Source of the DNA: the human T2T-CHM13v2.0 reference genome, Homo sapiens
Assembly: GCF_009914755.1 (NCBI RefSeq)
Contig: NC_060947.1
Direction: 5' to 3' (one strand)
DNA length: 64,000 nucleotides
Made by a program: the position numbers and the translations under genes. The notes beneath the pieces were generated by a model that did not search any database, had not been told where the DNA came from, and saw nothing but the letters and a program-made list of their open reading frames with translations. Every line of letters starts with the position of its first letter. The stretch's first letter is position 1. Shown here one piece after another: positions 13,145 through 25,289 of the stretch.

Positions 13145-14080
13145 TTAAAAATAGCCATTTCTGTTTCATCCCAATTAAACAAGACCCAAAGCTTCCCGGT
13201 TAAAAGGGTAAAAGGCCAAACCAGTCTACGTTTTCAGAAGCAACGTGTCCAAGAATGAAACATCATGTGATCTTACTTAATATTTACTATGTTTCTATGC
13301 ACACGTTTGCAAATACACTGGCCATGAGCCAACAAACGCACACAATTTAATATGACAGTAGAATACGGTTTAATGAATCATCACTCCAGTTCACTTTCTA
13401 TGCAAATATGAAGAAGTTCATGATATTTCAAGAGGTGGGCACTTTACCTATGAGAAACAAGCCATGATAAACAAGAAGTGTTGCCATGAGACAAATGTTT
13501 TTACCATTCTTCTTTGAACTTTCCATCATTACACTGATCGTTCAGCCAATGGTGGTAAACTTCACAGCCACAAACTTTGACGCACAGTTTCATTTTACCT
13601 ATTTGCCTGCAGGCCAATATTAGTCTAGAGGCCCGAATAATTTGAAAGCTAACACTGGCCACTTAGCTCATTGCACCATGATTTCTGTATTGGGGAAGAT
13701 TTTGAAAAAAATAAAAGAATGATTCTAATGAGTGTTCAAAAAGGCTCTTTTCAAAAATATTAAAGTAAGAAGTTTTTGAAAATTCTTATAGTCATTAAAA
13801 GTTTAAAAAGTAAACATGAAAACATCACGAATTGTACCATGATTCAAGAATAACTTTTGTAATAGAAAACACATGACCTTTTGCAGTATAGTGTGATACC
13901 GAAGTAAAAGTGAAAGAAATAAATGCAGGAAAGTTTAAGTGGATGTAAGTTTTTATAAGGAAAGTAATAAGAGGAGGCTGCTTTTGAAGGTCCTTTGATC
14001 TTCCATGATGATAATATCGTTGCAAAGTTCTTTAACTTGTATTCAAGTAATTAGCAGTTGACCACTTGGTTTAAATGATG

Positions 14081-14115
14081 TTAATGATGATTGCAATCAT
14101 TTTCCTTCCCTTTTC
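14081..14115 (-). CDS. NR0B1: Alternative terminal exon 2A (NR0B1A/DAX1-alpha isoform), encodes GKGKENDCNHH*
   Basis: Acceptor ttctgttgaattttttag|GA at 14116/14115. In phase with exon 1 it gives GGA AAA GGG AAG GAA AAT GAT TGC AAT CAT CAT TAA, 400 aa total. This matches my recollection of the annotated short isoform. Confidence 0.8.
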
Positions 14116-14836
14116 CTAAAAAATTCAACAGAAAAGTATTTTAAAAGCACCATGCCAATCATCACAGAGCAGCAGAACCAGTGTTCTTTAAAAAAATAAT
14201 AATGGTAATAAGCGAGAGGCACTCCTATTATGGGCGAATATCAAATCTCATAAATAAGAACAAAAATAAAGCAACCATTTTAATCCATATTCCAGTTCTG
14301 ATTACTCTAGTCCACACATTATCATCCCCTTCTATCTACAGCTTGAGATCCAGGCTTAAGACCCAATTTTGTTGTGTTTGAATTCCATCGATGAAAGTAG
14401 GAAGAGGCTTGCATGAAACTCCACCAGAAATCTGAAGCTTCTCTAGGTCTAGATTCATGGCTTGTGAAAACTTCATCTTGTGTATGCCACATTACTTTTC
14501 TCTGTGTTCACAATATACCCCTCCACCTTCTCCCCACCCAAGTGGTTCCCCCCCACACAGAGACACACAAACTGGCCTTCAAAATAAGGTCAGGGAAGAG
14601 AAAATGCAAATGGACTCCACAGTTTTATATCTCCTTAAGTTTGAACCTATATATATAATGTATTTAAATTTATATATGGGACATACAAAGGATAAACAGC
14701 AAAGAGAGGCCACACTCTTAATAGGCATTACCTTTCTCCCAAATATAGGTACATTTGTGTTTCAAACACACTCAGCTTAGCTGGTTAAACTCATATTGAG
14801 AGAGGATTAGGAAAAGTCAATCAAGAATAAGGAAGA

Positions 14837-14837
<1 letters not shown>

Positions 14838-14878
<41 letters not shown>
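14838..14878. repeat. (TG)~20 microsatellite in NR0B1 intron 1
   Basis: Seen directly. Confidence 0.95.
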
Positions 14879-14880
<2 letters not shown>

Positions 14881-15039
14881 AAAGTATATAAAACAGAGTC
14901 AAGGGAAACTGTTGATACTGAAACTAATGGAATGTAAATTTCTGGAAGCTGAGCCCCTCTCACCTTTATATCCCAACAGGACGAGGAACATAGTGGATGA
15001 TTAGTAACACTGGCTGAAGGAATAAGAAGACTGTTTTCC

Positions 15040-15222
15040 AAATAATCTTAAGAATCATCTGCGACACTTATTATGAATGCAGATTTGCAGACCCTGGGCC
15101 AGAGCTACTGAATCAGAATATATAAGGCAGGAGCCTAGAAAGACTTTTATCTACTCCCTCCCACCCCCAACCACACACACACAAGTACTTCTTATGCACA
15201 GGCAAGTTTGGAAAACAATGGT
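15040..15222. mobile_element. MER5-like hAT-Charlie fossil
   Basis: tagaatcatctg...tactgaatcagaat...caagtttggaaaacaatgg motifs. Confidence 0.55.
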
Positions 15223-16338
15223 ATAAGCAAAAAGGTAACATATAATAGACACTGGGGTGAGCTGAGGTCTCTACGTCATGAAACGTGAGGTTTGAACAAA
15301 TTATTATCCCACCAAATACTGATCTATGCACCCTCAAAAATGCTAGGCAGGGGGCAGGGACTTAATCAGAGATTCCAGCACCAGGGAAAAAAGATACAAA
15401 AGGAGCATTATAAAAACTATCCCAACTCAAGTTGCCTGGAAAATTTTGTTCCCACTTCAATCATTTTGAAAGGACGCTGGTTGAAGATGATTCTAATAGT
15501 GAGAAACACCCAAGACAAGGTGCCTGGCTGTCCAGGGAGACGTTCCTCCAGTGATTTGGTTGCACTCTGTGGGACAGTGTGTCCAGCACCCAACAGACAA
15601 CCTGAAAGTTTAGTGCAGCCAATATCCCACTGGGCCCAGAAGACAGGACCCTCAGGTGCCACAACACACCAACCATTTACTTGGGACCTTGGGACACATC
15701 TACCTACTCAGTAAAATGGGGTGGGGGGAGGCTACAGAGCAAAGGGGGTTGATTAGCAGGTCTCTAAAGTCTCTTTGAATTCTAAAATACAGTGCTCCTG
15801 CTCTCAGTCCCTAATGTGTCTTTTTTCCCTATCCCTTTGCCAACCTGATATTATTCACAGAGATTTGGAGGAAGGGATAGTCCAGATGCTTAGGACCATA
15901 CAAATAACCATTCAGAGGCAGGCCCATGAAACACTACATCTAGTGTCTTGTGTGTCCCTAGGGAATAGTCTCTCTATGGGACCCTTTAACAAATGTTTCC
16001 TTTTTTGCTAGCCTTAATAGATTTCCTCCCCCCAAAAAAGGTTCTAGTAAATTTCAGAATGGGGTTTCAGAAATCGATGTTGCAGAATCTTCAGTGAGCA
16101 AAAACTTTTTTTAGAAAAAGATATGCTCTGGACTTAAAAGAAAGCTAAAGAAGAAAGAATAACCATTTCCCATGAAGGCACAAACTTTTCTATGGTAAGA
16201 AATGTGTAGAGAGCCAAGTACAAACCTAAACAAACAACTCCCCTCCTCTTGGCTGAGTTTCTGATAGCAGCCCACCCAGCAGAAGTGGTTCCTGGAGCTC
16301 CCCACCCCAACTCTGCTGAGTTAGTCACGATTTCTTCA

Positions 16339-17684
<1,346 letters not shown>

Positions 17685-17789
17685 CCTAGCGCGCACGCAG
17701 GCGCGTCGGCCGCCTCGGTCTGGGCAAGGGCGCGGAGGCGGGCGGTGTGTGCGGGGGGGCGCGGTGCTGCGCTCCGGTGTGTTCGCCCA

Positions 17790-17798
17790 TGACCTCGG
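17790..17798 (-). promoter_or_regulatory. SF-1/LRH-1 (NR5A) extended half-site in the proximal promoter
   Basis: CCGAGGTCA on the minus strand about 140 nt upstream of the TSS. NR5A regulation of the DAX1 proximal promoter is established. Confidence 0.7.
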
Positions 17799-18129
17799 TG
17801 GTTCGAAGGGGCGGGTGCTCTTTAAAAGCTGGAAATGGAAGAACAGCAGCGTGGGAGCTCCTGGACACTTTCCTCCTTCCTCTCATTACCCCTTTCCCTG
17901 TCTCAGGAAGACCGGAGGAGAGCGAGCGCCTGGATGCTGTTGCAACTCTTTCCATTGAACCCTCGCATCTAATTTGTTCCCTTTATTGGGAGGGCAGGGG
18001 AAAAGAGGAAACATCTACTTCTATGCTCTTTGTAAACTTTCATTAAATTATCACAGTTTGTGTGACTTATATTTGTATATGGATAGGGAGGTCTCATTTT
18101 CTGAGACCTTGAAAAATACAGAACATAGA

Positions 18130-18261
18130 CAAGCATCATATGGGAACTCGGTGGAAATGCCCAATCTCAGGCTCCAACCAGACTTTCTAACTCTGAATCT
18201 GCATTTTAACGGTGTCCCCAGGGATTCACATGCACCTAGACGTTTGAAAAGCACTGCTCTA
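18130..18261. mobile_element. MER5A-like hAT-Charlie fossil
   Basis: gaatctgcattttaac...ccccagggattcacatgcac...tttgaaaagcactgctcta. Confidence 0.7.
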
Positions 18262-18439
18262 AATATGCTATCATAAGCGCTCAGTTTAATGCCATCAGTA
18301 TTTATAAGCGCCCACTATGTCCTGGATGCTGTGTTAAGAGAGCTGGGGGCAGCGAGCAGGATGTAAAAGTGCCTAAAACTTAGGAATATAATAATTACGA
18401 GGGGATAATATTGTTACAGTGAGAATTGTTTTCATTTTA

Positions 18440-18770
18440 GTATATATTTTTTTTTCTTTTAACTTTTAGGTTCAGGAGTACATGTGCGGGTTTGTTATAT
18501 AAGTGAATTGCTTGTCGTGGGGGTTTGGTGTACAGATTATTTCATCACCCAGGTAATAGTATCCAATAGGTATTTTTTCTCATTCTCTCCCTCTTCCCAC
18601 CCTCCACCTTCAAGTAGGTTCCAGTGTCTGTTGTTCCCCTCCTAGTGTCCAGGTGATCTCTTTATTTAGCTCCCACTTGCAAGTGAGAACATGTGATATT
18701 TGGTTTTCTGTTCCTGCATTACTTTGCTAAGCATGATGGCCGCCAGCTCTCATTCTTTTTCATGGCCGCA
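18440..18770 (-). mobile_element. Short 5'-truncated L1PA (older, L1PA13-16-like) 3' end between the promoter and the GGAA repeat
   Basis: Poly-T followed by reverse-complemented L1 3'UTR. Possible TSD cagtgagaa on both sides. Confidence 0.85.
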
Positions 18771-19019
18771 GTGAGAAATTTTGATCCTTGTAAAAGTATT
18801 CCATTGGTAAGTGTGTAATTAGTATTTCTTTTCCCACCCTTCCTAAGTGAATAATGATAAATAGAAGCATCAGGAAGCCTGGATCCATTAGTCTTCACTT
18901 GCCACACAGCTGTGAAGACATGGGGCAGGGAAGGGTGTTGGTATATACCAGCTGATACAGAATCATTTTTACTTTTTCCCTCCCTCCCATCCTCCCTCTT
19001 TCTTTTTTTGCTGTTTCTT

Positions 19020-19117
19020 TTCCTTCCTTCCTTCCTTCCTTCCTTCCTTCCTTCCTTCCTTTCCTTCCTTCCTTCCTTCCTTCCTTCCTTTCCTTCCTTC
19101 CTTCCTTCCTTCCTTCC
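19020..19117 (-). repeat. GGAA microsatellite (EWS-FLI1 response element) about 1.4 kb upstream of NR0B1
   Basis: (TTCC)10 T (TTCC)7 T (TTCC)7 on the + strand, followed by about (TCCC)6. Position matches the known Ewing sarcoma element. Confidence 0.93.
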
Positions 19118-19267
19118 TCCCTCCCTCCCTCCCTCCCTCCCTCTCTCACTCCTTCTCTCTCTCTCTTTCTTTCTCTTTTTCTTCTTCTCCAGGACCTGGA
19201 ATTCTCAGCATAAGAGGAAAACCTAGGAGACCCCCATTTTGCTTGCAGCGTTAAATTTCATTCTGCC

Positions 19268-19925
19268 TGTGAGAGGCCCTAAATAGCACAGTGGTTAAAT
19301 CCCTGGAACTAGCACTAGATTGCCTCAGTTTTAATCCTGGCCCTGCCACTTTGTAGCATCATAACCTTGGGCAATGTGTTAGTTTCTTTGTCGCTGCTTT
19401 ACTTACCACAAATGTAGTGGCTTAAGTCAACACAAACAACACGAATTTTTTATGTTATAATTCTGGAAGCCAGAAGTCTGAAATCAGTTTCACTGAGCTA
19501 AAGTCAAGGTGACATTTCTTCTGGAAGTTCTAGGACAGAATCTATTTCCTTGCTTATTCTAGCTTCTTGAAGCTGCCTAAGCTCCTTAATATCTGATCAC
19601 ATAACTCTGGCCTCTGCTTCCATCTCCTTCTCTGATTCTTGTAAGAATCTTTGTGACTATAATGGACCCACTCAGATAATCCAAGATAATATCTCTATCC
19701 AAAAATTCTTAACTTGATCACATATGCAAAGGCCTTTTCATTCTATAAGTTAACAAATGCACAGGTTCTAAAGGTTAGGACATGGACATCTTTGGACACT
19801 ATTCAGCCTATCACAGGAAAGTTACTTAAGCTGTTTGTGCCTCAGTTTCTTCATTTGTCAAACATGCACAACAGCGTCTGTGAGGTAATCTTTATACATG
19901 AGTTAATTTGTGTAAAGTGTTTATA
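19268..19925. mobile_element. MIR interrupted by a solo MLT1 LTR (19375-19815)
   Basis: MIR core ccttgggcaa|gttacttaa is split by tgtgttagttt...cagcctatcaca, with TSD GGCAA/GGAAA. Confidence 0.8.
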
Positions 19926-20394
19926 ATAATGTTTGTTATGTGTCAAGTGGTGGATGTATCAACCATTTTAGGACAACGCAGAATAACTTCAGAGTTAGGA
20001 GGTGTTCCTGTACCAGCACTGCCACAGTTCTGTCTCTCCTAGGGAAGCCTCACACACACACAATTTCCACCCAGAAGATTTTATCCTACTTTCTTTGTGT
20101 GTCCACATTTCTTGGCCCAGACTCTAAACACTGGATGGGTCACCTGGTTCACACAATTGTGTGTTGGCAATATTGTTTCATGGGCTATTTCATTATTTGC
20201 CATTTCCAGTATTCAAGCTACTGTTTGGGGTATCGTCGTTACTGCTTTAGCAGTATTGTGGCAGTCTTCACTCGCCATACAGCCTCATCCCTCAAGTGCC
20301 ACACAGGCACTGAGATCAGTGGCTTAATGAACCCACCAACCAGCCTAGCTGAAAAACCCAGCCGACCTTTGTCCCTACCTTATGTTGCCAGAGC

Positions 20395-20580
20395 TAGTCA
20401 CGATTTCCTTTTCCTCCCAACACCTGACATGATTTATTTAGTTGTTCGATGCTTACTGATTGTGTCTCCTCCACTAATACAAAAGTCCTTTGAGGGCAAG
20501 GAATCTGTCACTCTGTATTGTGTCCCAGCAATTAGAATGATTTCTGACACGTAGTAGGTGCTCAAAAAATACATTTGTTG
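20395..20580. mobile_element. L2 3' end fragment
   Basis: tttgagggcaagga...acgtagtaggtgctcaaaaaatacatttgttg. Confidence 0.65.
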
Positions 20581-20749
20581 GCAAACTGTACCTTGAGGGA
20601 GAGAGAAGGCTACGGCTCCTACTGCCAATGGGCAGGCCGAGCACTCCCACCCAGCTATCGCTGCGCTGACCCTGGAAGGAGGACAATGTAGTAGGCCTTG
20701 TTAGACTCAGCATTTTCTGGAGGCCTGTTTTGCTACTCAGAGTGCTACA

Positions 20750-20895
20750 AGGACTGTGGTAAAGTAACAGGAAAAGTGGGTTAACAGTCAAAAGACCTGA
20801 CCTTGAATTTGGGTTCTTCCACTCTAACAAAATAACATTAAACAAGTCATTTAACTTCACCCTTCTCATTTCTGAAGTGGGGACAAAATTCTATG
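20750..20895 (+). mobile_element. MIR fragment
   Basis: aacaagtcatttaacttc...ctcatttctgaagtgggg core. Confidence 0.5.
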
Positions 20896-21796
20896 AACCA
20901 ATATTGATATGTACACTCTGTTCTAAGTCTGTAAGAGAGTTATTTTTTTTTAACATGGCCATTTTCAGAAATGTTTGCTGACTCTTCCATTACATTGGGA
21001 TATAAATAAACAAATTTACACTCATTTACTTTCAATGATTTAACTGTGAGCAAAGTATTTAACATTATGTTAGCCTTTTCATCTAGAAAATAAGCAGTGC
21101 TAAAAACTAGTTTTAATACATGCACCTTGGTCCTGTATCTTTCTAAATTTGTTTCATCTCATCAACTAGATTTTTTTTTAATTCTAGAAACTTAAATCCA
21201 TTTTCTGTGAGCAATCATTCCCACCTCACACATATCTGATGCCTTTGAATTTTAGGCATTATCTGAGGTTGAAACTTAAGTGCAGTGCTGAGAACCATGA
21301 ATTTGTAACATATTAGTCATAGTTTCTCATCTTTCTCAGGGGTTGAGTCTTCCGATTTTCTTACTTTTGTTTTCCTTCAAGTTGCGATCTTCTATTTGCC
21401 ACTCCGAAGGACCTTCTAGGTTCTCTGGATTGACTTTTTCTAAGAAGAGATTGCGTGCTTGTCCTTCACAAGTATTCATCCTTGAAAACGTCACGAGAAA
21501 ACTGACTTCATCTTTCCACTTTCCATTTTTTCCCCTGAACAAATAGCTCCTGAAAAACAAAATCGTCCAAACACACCAGAGCAGAGATTTGCACAGATTA
21601 ATGCCAGCCTGCTGGTTGCTACAGGATTAGTGAAGACATAACCTTCTAAAGCAGGCACAGCCTTTTTCATTTGATTTGTTCCGTGTCCTCAGACCACTGT
21701 GACACCTAGACAAAAGGACACTTATCAACTGCACCTGTCATGTGCTGAGTTTGTCCACAACTGCAATTTGGATATTTACACTGACTCATTGTGCGA

Positions 21797-21805
21797 TGAC
21801 CTTGG
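21797..21805 (-). promoter_or_regulatory. Perfect SF-1 site CCAAGGTCA about 4.1 kb upstream of NR0B1, in unique DNA
   Basis: tgaccttgg on the + strand next to AP-1 TGACTCA (21782-21788). A conserved SF-1 site about 4 kb upstream of mouse Dax1 has been reported; equivalence is inferred. Confidence 0.55.
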
Positions 21806-22770
21806 CCAGTTGGACACCTGTTCTGCGGAATCCATTATCTGCTCCAACTCAGGGTGGGAGTAAAGCTGCTCTGCCTGCCTGAATGCAACCTTCAACTTCA
21901 AAGTAATGCAGTTTTTACTAAAGGATGTAGGAGTGAAGTACAGGTAGGGATAAAGCTGGGTAAAATTGTAAAATTGACCTTTTCGCAGCAAGCTGCTCTT
22001 GACCTGGGAAGCCTTGACGATGTGAAACATGATACGAATTTTTAACCTGGGCTTAAAAGAGCTACAATACCTTCGAATTCAGTTCCTTCAGTGACAGGTG
22101 ACAGGGAGTAACAATAGTGTTTTCCTTGTTTTTTAAAGTAAATATCAGGTAAACACTATTGTAGATAAACACTAGCTGATAAAACCAAGAGATGGTCTTT
22201 TACCTTTCCCTTTCTAAGACCCAGAATGTCTAAAGCTATATTTATGAAAGAATTAATAGGCTTTAGGTGACTCATGAAACCCCTAAAGAAGATCAAATCA
22301 TTAGTCTTTATTTCTTCCGATGAACTACAATGAAGTTAATCAGCTGCATTAGGGGTCACAGAGTTGCTGATCTGGAATTGTGACTCTAATAGTTCCTGTA
22401 ATCCTGAAATGTTCTAAAATAAGCTTTCCAAATCAGTCAAACAACCACTTTGTTCAAGGAAAAATTTAATTCCATTTGTTTTTCTGAGTCTGCCAATTCT
22501 AAATCTACCTCAATACCAGATGTTGATGATACTATCTAATTAATACATTTAACTGACTGGCAGGCTTAAAAATTATGGCCCCATTGATTTAATGGGTCAG
22601 TTTGAAAAGCATTTCTCTATTGGTGCACATCACTTGTTCCCCAATAACAATGATAATTTTAGTTAGAAACTCCCTGCTTTGGGTCTGGAATTGTTCTAAT
22701 ATCGTCCTCCTAAAAATTGCCTTCTTGTCTCCTCCAACTTTTCTTAGCAACTTACTCCTCACAATCCTTG

Positions 22771-23100
22771 TTTTTGTTTGTTTCTTTGTTTGTTTCGTTT
22801 TGTTTTGTTTTTGAGACGGAGTTTCGCTCTATCACTCAGGCTGGAGTGCAGTGGTGCAGTGCAATCTCAGCTCACTGCAAACTCTGCCCCCCTGGGTTCA
22901 AGTGATTCTCCTGCCTCAGCCTCCCAAGTAGCTGGGATTATAGGTGCCCACCACCATGCCCAGCTAATTTTTGTATTTTTAGTAGAGATGGGGTTTCACC
23001 ATGTTGGCCAGTCTGGTCTCAAACTCCTGACCTCAAGTTATCCGCCTCCCTCAGCCTCCCAAAGTGCTGAGATTACACGTGTGAGCCACCACAGCAGGCA
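22771..23100 (-). mobile_element. AluS
   Basis: Full Alu in reverse complement. TSD actcctcacaatccttg / attcctcacagtccttg. Confidence 0.95.
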
Positions 23101-23351
23101 ATTCCTCACAGTCCTTGTATCTAGAGTCCATTTTACATTACCTGGCATATTGAAGGTGCTCAACAAACACCTGCTGAGTGAAACAGTGAGTGAAAAGTTT
23201 CTTCTACATCTGTGTATCTTTTAACTTCACGAGATTGCTCAGCCTTCACTCCTTTCCCTGATTTTGTGGTTTTTAGCAATTTTGCCAGCCCTGGTGGCTA
23301 GACTTAAGGTCCCTTCTGTCAAATTATCTGTCTTAACCACTCTGACGTCTA

Positions 23352-23431
23352 TTAGGTTGGTGCAAAAGTAATTGCGGTTTTTGCCATTACCTTCAATTGC
23401 AAAAACTGCAATTACTTTTGCACCAAACTAA
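23352..23431. mobile_element. MADE1 (Hsmar1-derived MITE)
   Basis: 80-bp palindrome TTAGGTTGGTGCAAAAGTAATTGCGG...TTTTGCACCAAACTAA flanked by TA dinucleotides. Confidence 0.95.
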
Positions 23432-23506
23432 TAGTTTGACAGTCTCTAAAATGAGAGTAAATTTTTTATGTTTATTTCACAATTTGCCAAATGTATGAAA
23501 TAATGT

Positions 23507-23535
<29 letters not shown>
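23507..23535. repeat. (TA)n microsatellite
   Basis: Seen directly. Confidence 0.9.
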
Positions 23536-23538
<3 letters not shown>

Positions 23539-23584
23539 TAAGTACCTCACAACTGTGAGTTATTAGAGCTGGATGGCAAATTCT

Positions 23585-23945
23585 TTTTTTTCTTTTTTTA
23601 ATTGATATGTAATATTTATACATATTTGTGGGGCACATGTGATGTTTTGTTCCTTGCAGAGAGTGTGTAATGATCAAATCAGGGTACTTAGGGTATCCAT
23701 CACCTCAAGTATTTATCATATCTATGTGTTGGGAACATCTCAATCCCTCTCTCCTAGCTGTTTTGAAATATACAGTATGCTTTTGTTAACGCTAGTCACT
23801 CTACTCTGCTGTTGAACACTAGAATTTGTCCCTTCTATCTAACTGTATGTTTTTACCAATTAACCAATCTCTCTTCATTGCCCCCTCCCTGCCCAACCTT
23901 CCCAGCCTCTGGTACCTATCATTCTACTCTTTACCTCCATAAGAT
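23585..23945 (-). mobile_element. L1MA 3' end fragment
   Basis: tgtaatgatcaaatcagggta...cccagcctctggtacctatcattctactct. Confidence 0.8.
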
Positions 23946-25289
23946 CTCAATTTCTTAAGTTGGTGGCATCAGACTTTATGAAGTGAAATACTTCCCAATT
24001 CACTCAAATTTGTGCATTTGAAATTCTCTGCAGATATACAAGCCCAACGGGTTTGAAATAAGGGACCATCACAGCCAATAAACTGTCAATAAGAAGACAT
24101 TCAAGTCTGGAGTTAAATGCATTCAACATTAGTAGTGTCATAAGCCTAATTGCTTTCTCTGAGCCCACAATGACAAGTGTATGAAGAAAAAAAATGTAGT
24201 GAATAGATGTAGGAGAATTTATTTGCAGCAAAGTGAAACACTGGTGATGAAGAAAATCAGAACCTTTATTTCTGAACTGATGTTTTTACCATGATCAGTG
24301 TGGCTGGGTAAATGAAAAGAAGCTGGCTTTGTTCTCTGAAGCAGGGAATGAGACAAGGACTGTGTACGCTTCCTTGAGAGATGATTCCAGGAAGCAGTGG
24401 TGAGTGCAGGAAAGTGAAATTGGGAAGGAGGAAAAGCCAGTATTAAGGTACATTACTATCCTCACTGCTCTGAGCAACAGGGGTAATTCCACCAGGACCT
24501 CCAAGGAAACATACAGAATGCCAACCAGAATTGTCTGCCCCAGGGAGGTGGCAACAGCATTTATCCATTAGTTTCCATCCTCCAAGGTTGAAGGTTGCCA
24601 CCAAGTCTCCACTGGTATCCTAGCGTTGCAAAATATAGTGACATGAAAAAAGTCCCAGCCCACATGGAACTGTCTACCCACCTATACTTGGAATCAGAGG
24701 TATGGACAAAAAAGATACAAGGTAGAAAATCAGAGCTATCTAAAAGCTCATGGCCAATCATCCTTGATTCACTGCCACGAGATGAATCCCACTTGATATG
24801 GAGACTGGTTGAAGTGATGTAGTAACAACCCCAGGATTTCTCCGCTGAGCTTGTTCATCTTTGAAAAGCATGTTACCATTATGGTCCAAGTTGTTCAATT
24901 CTTTAGATAAGCAAGGCCTGAATGAGGGAAGCAGGAAAGAACATTCCCCCAGCACTGGATAATAATTTATCCTGACTGAGCTTTTATTCAACAGTGTTAC
25001 CAGCCACTCTTTCATAGATAGAGAAAAAAAGAAAACACTGTTGGCCAGTAAAACAACAAAATTTCATTAGAGAGCCATAGCTTTTGCAAAATTAGAGGTC
25101 GTGGCATTACTTGTATCAGTTGGGTATTTCTGAATACTTTGACATTGTCCACAGGTTCTTAAAATTTTTCAATCTGTTTCAAAGGGGTTTAAGCAAAATC
25201 AGAACCTTTATAGAAGCCTCGTCTTGAGGCTTGAGGCATGACTGGATTCAGATACTTGAACTACATGACCAGGATATGTTTCTTGGAGA

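Noticed and set aside
19940-20554. 204-aa + strand ORF upstream of NR0B1
   Set aside because: Non-ATG start, no recognisable domain, and it runs into an L2 fragment.
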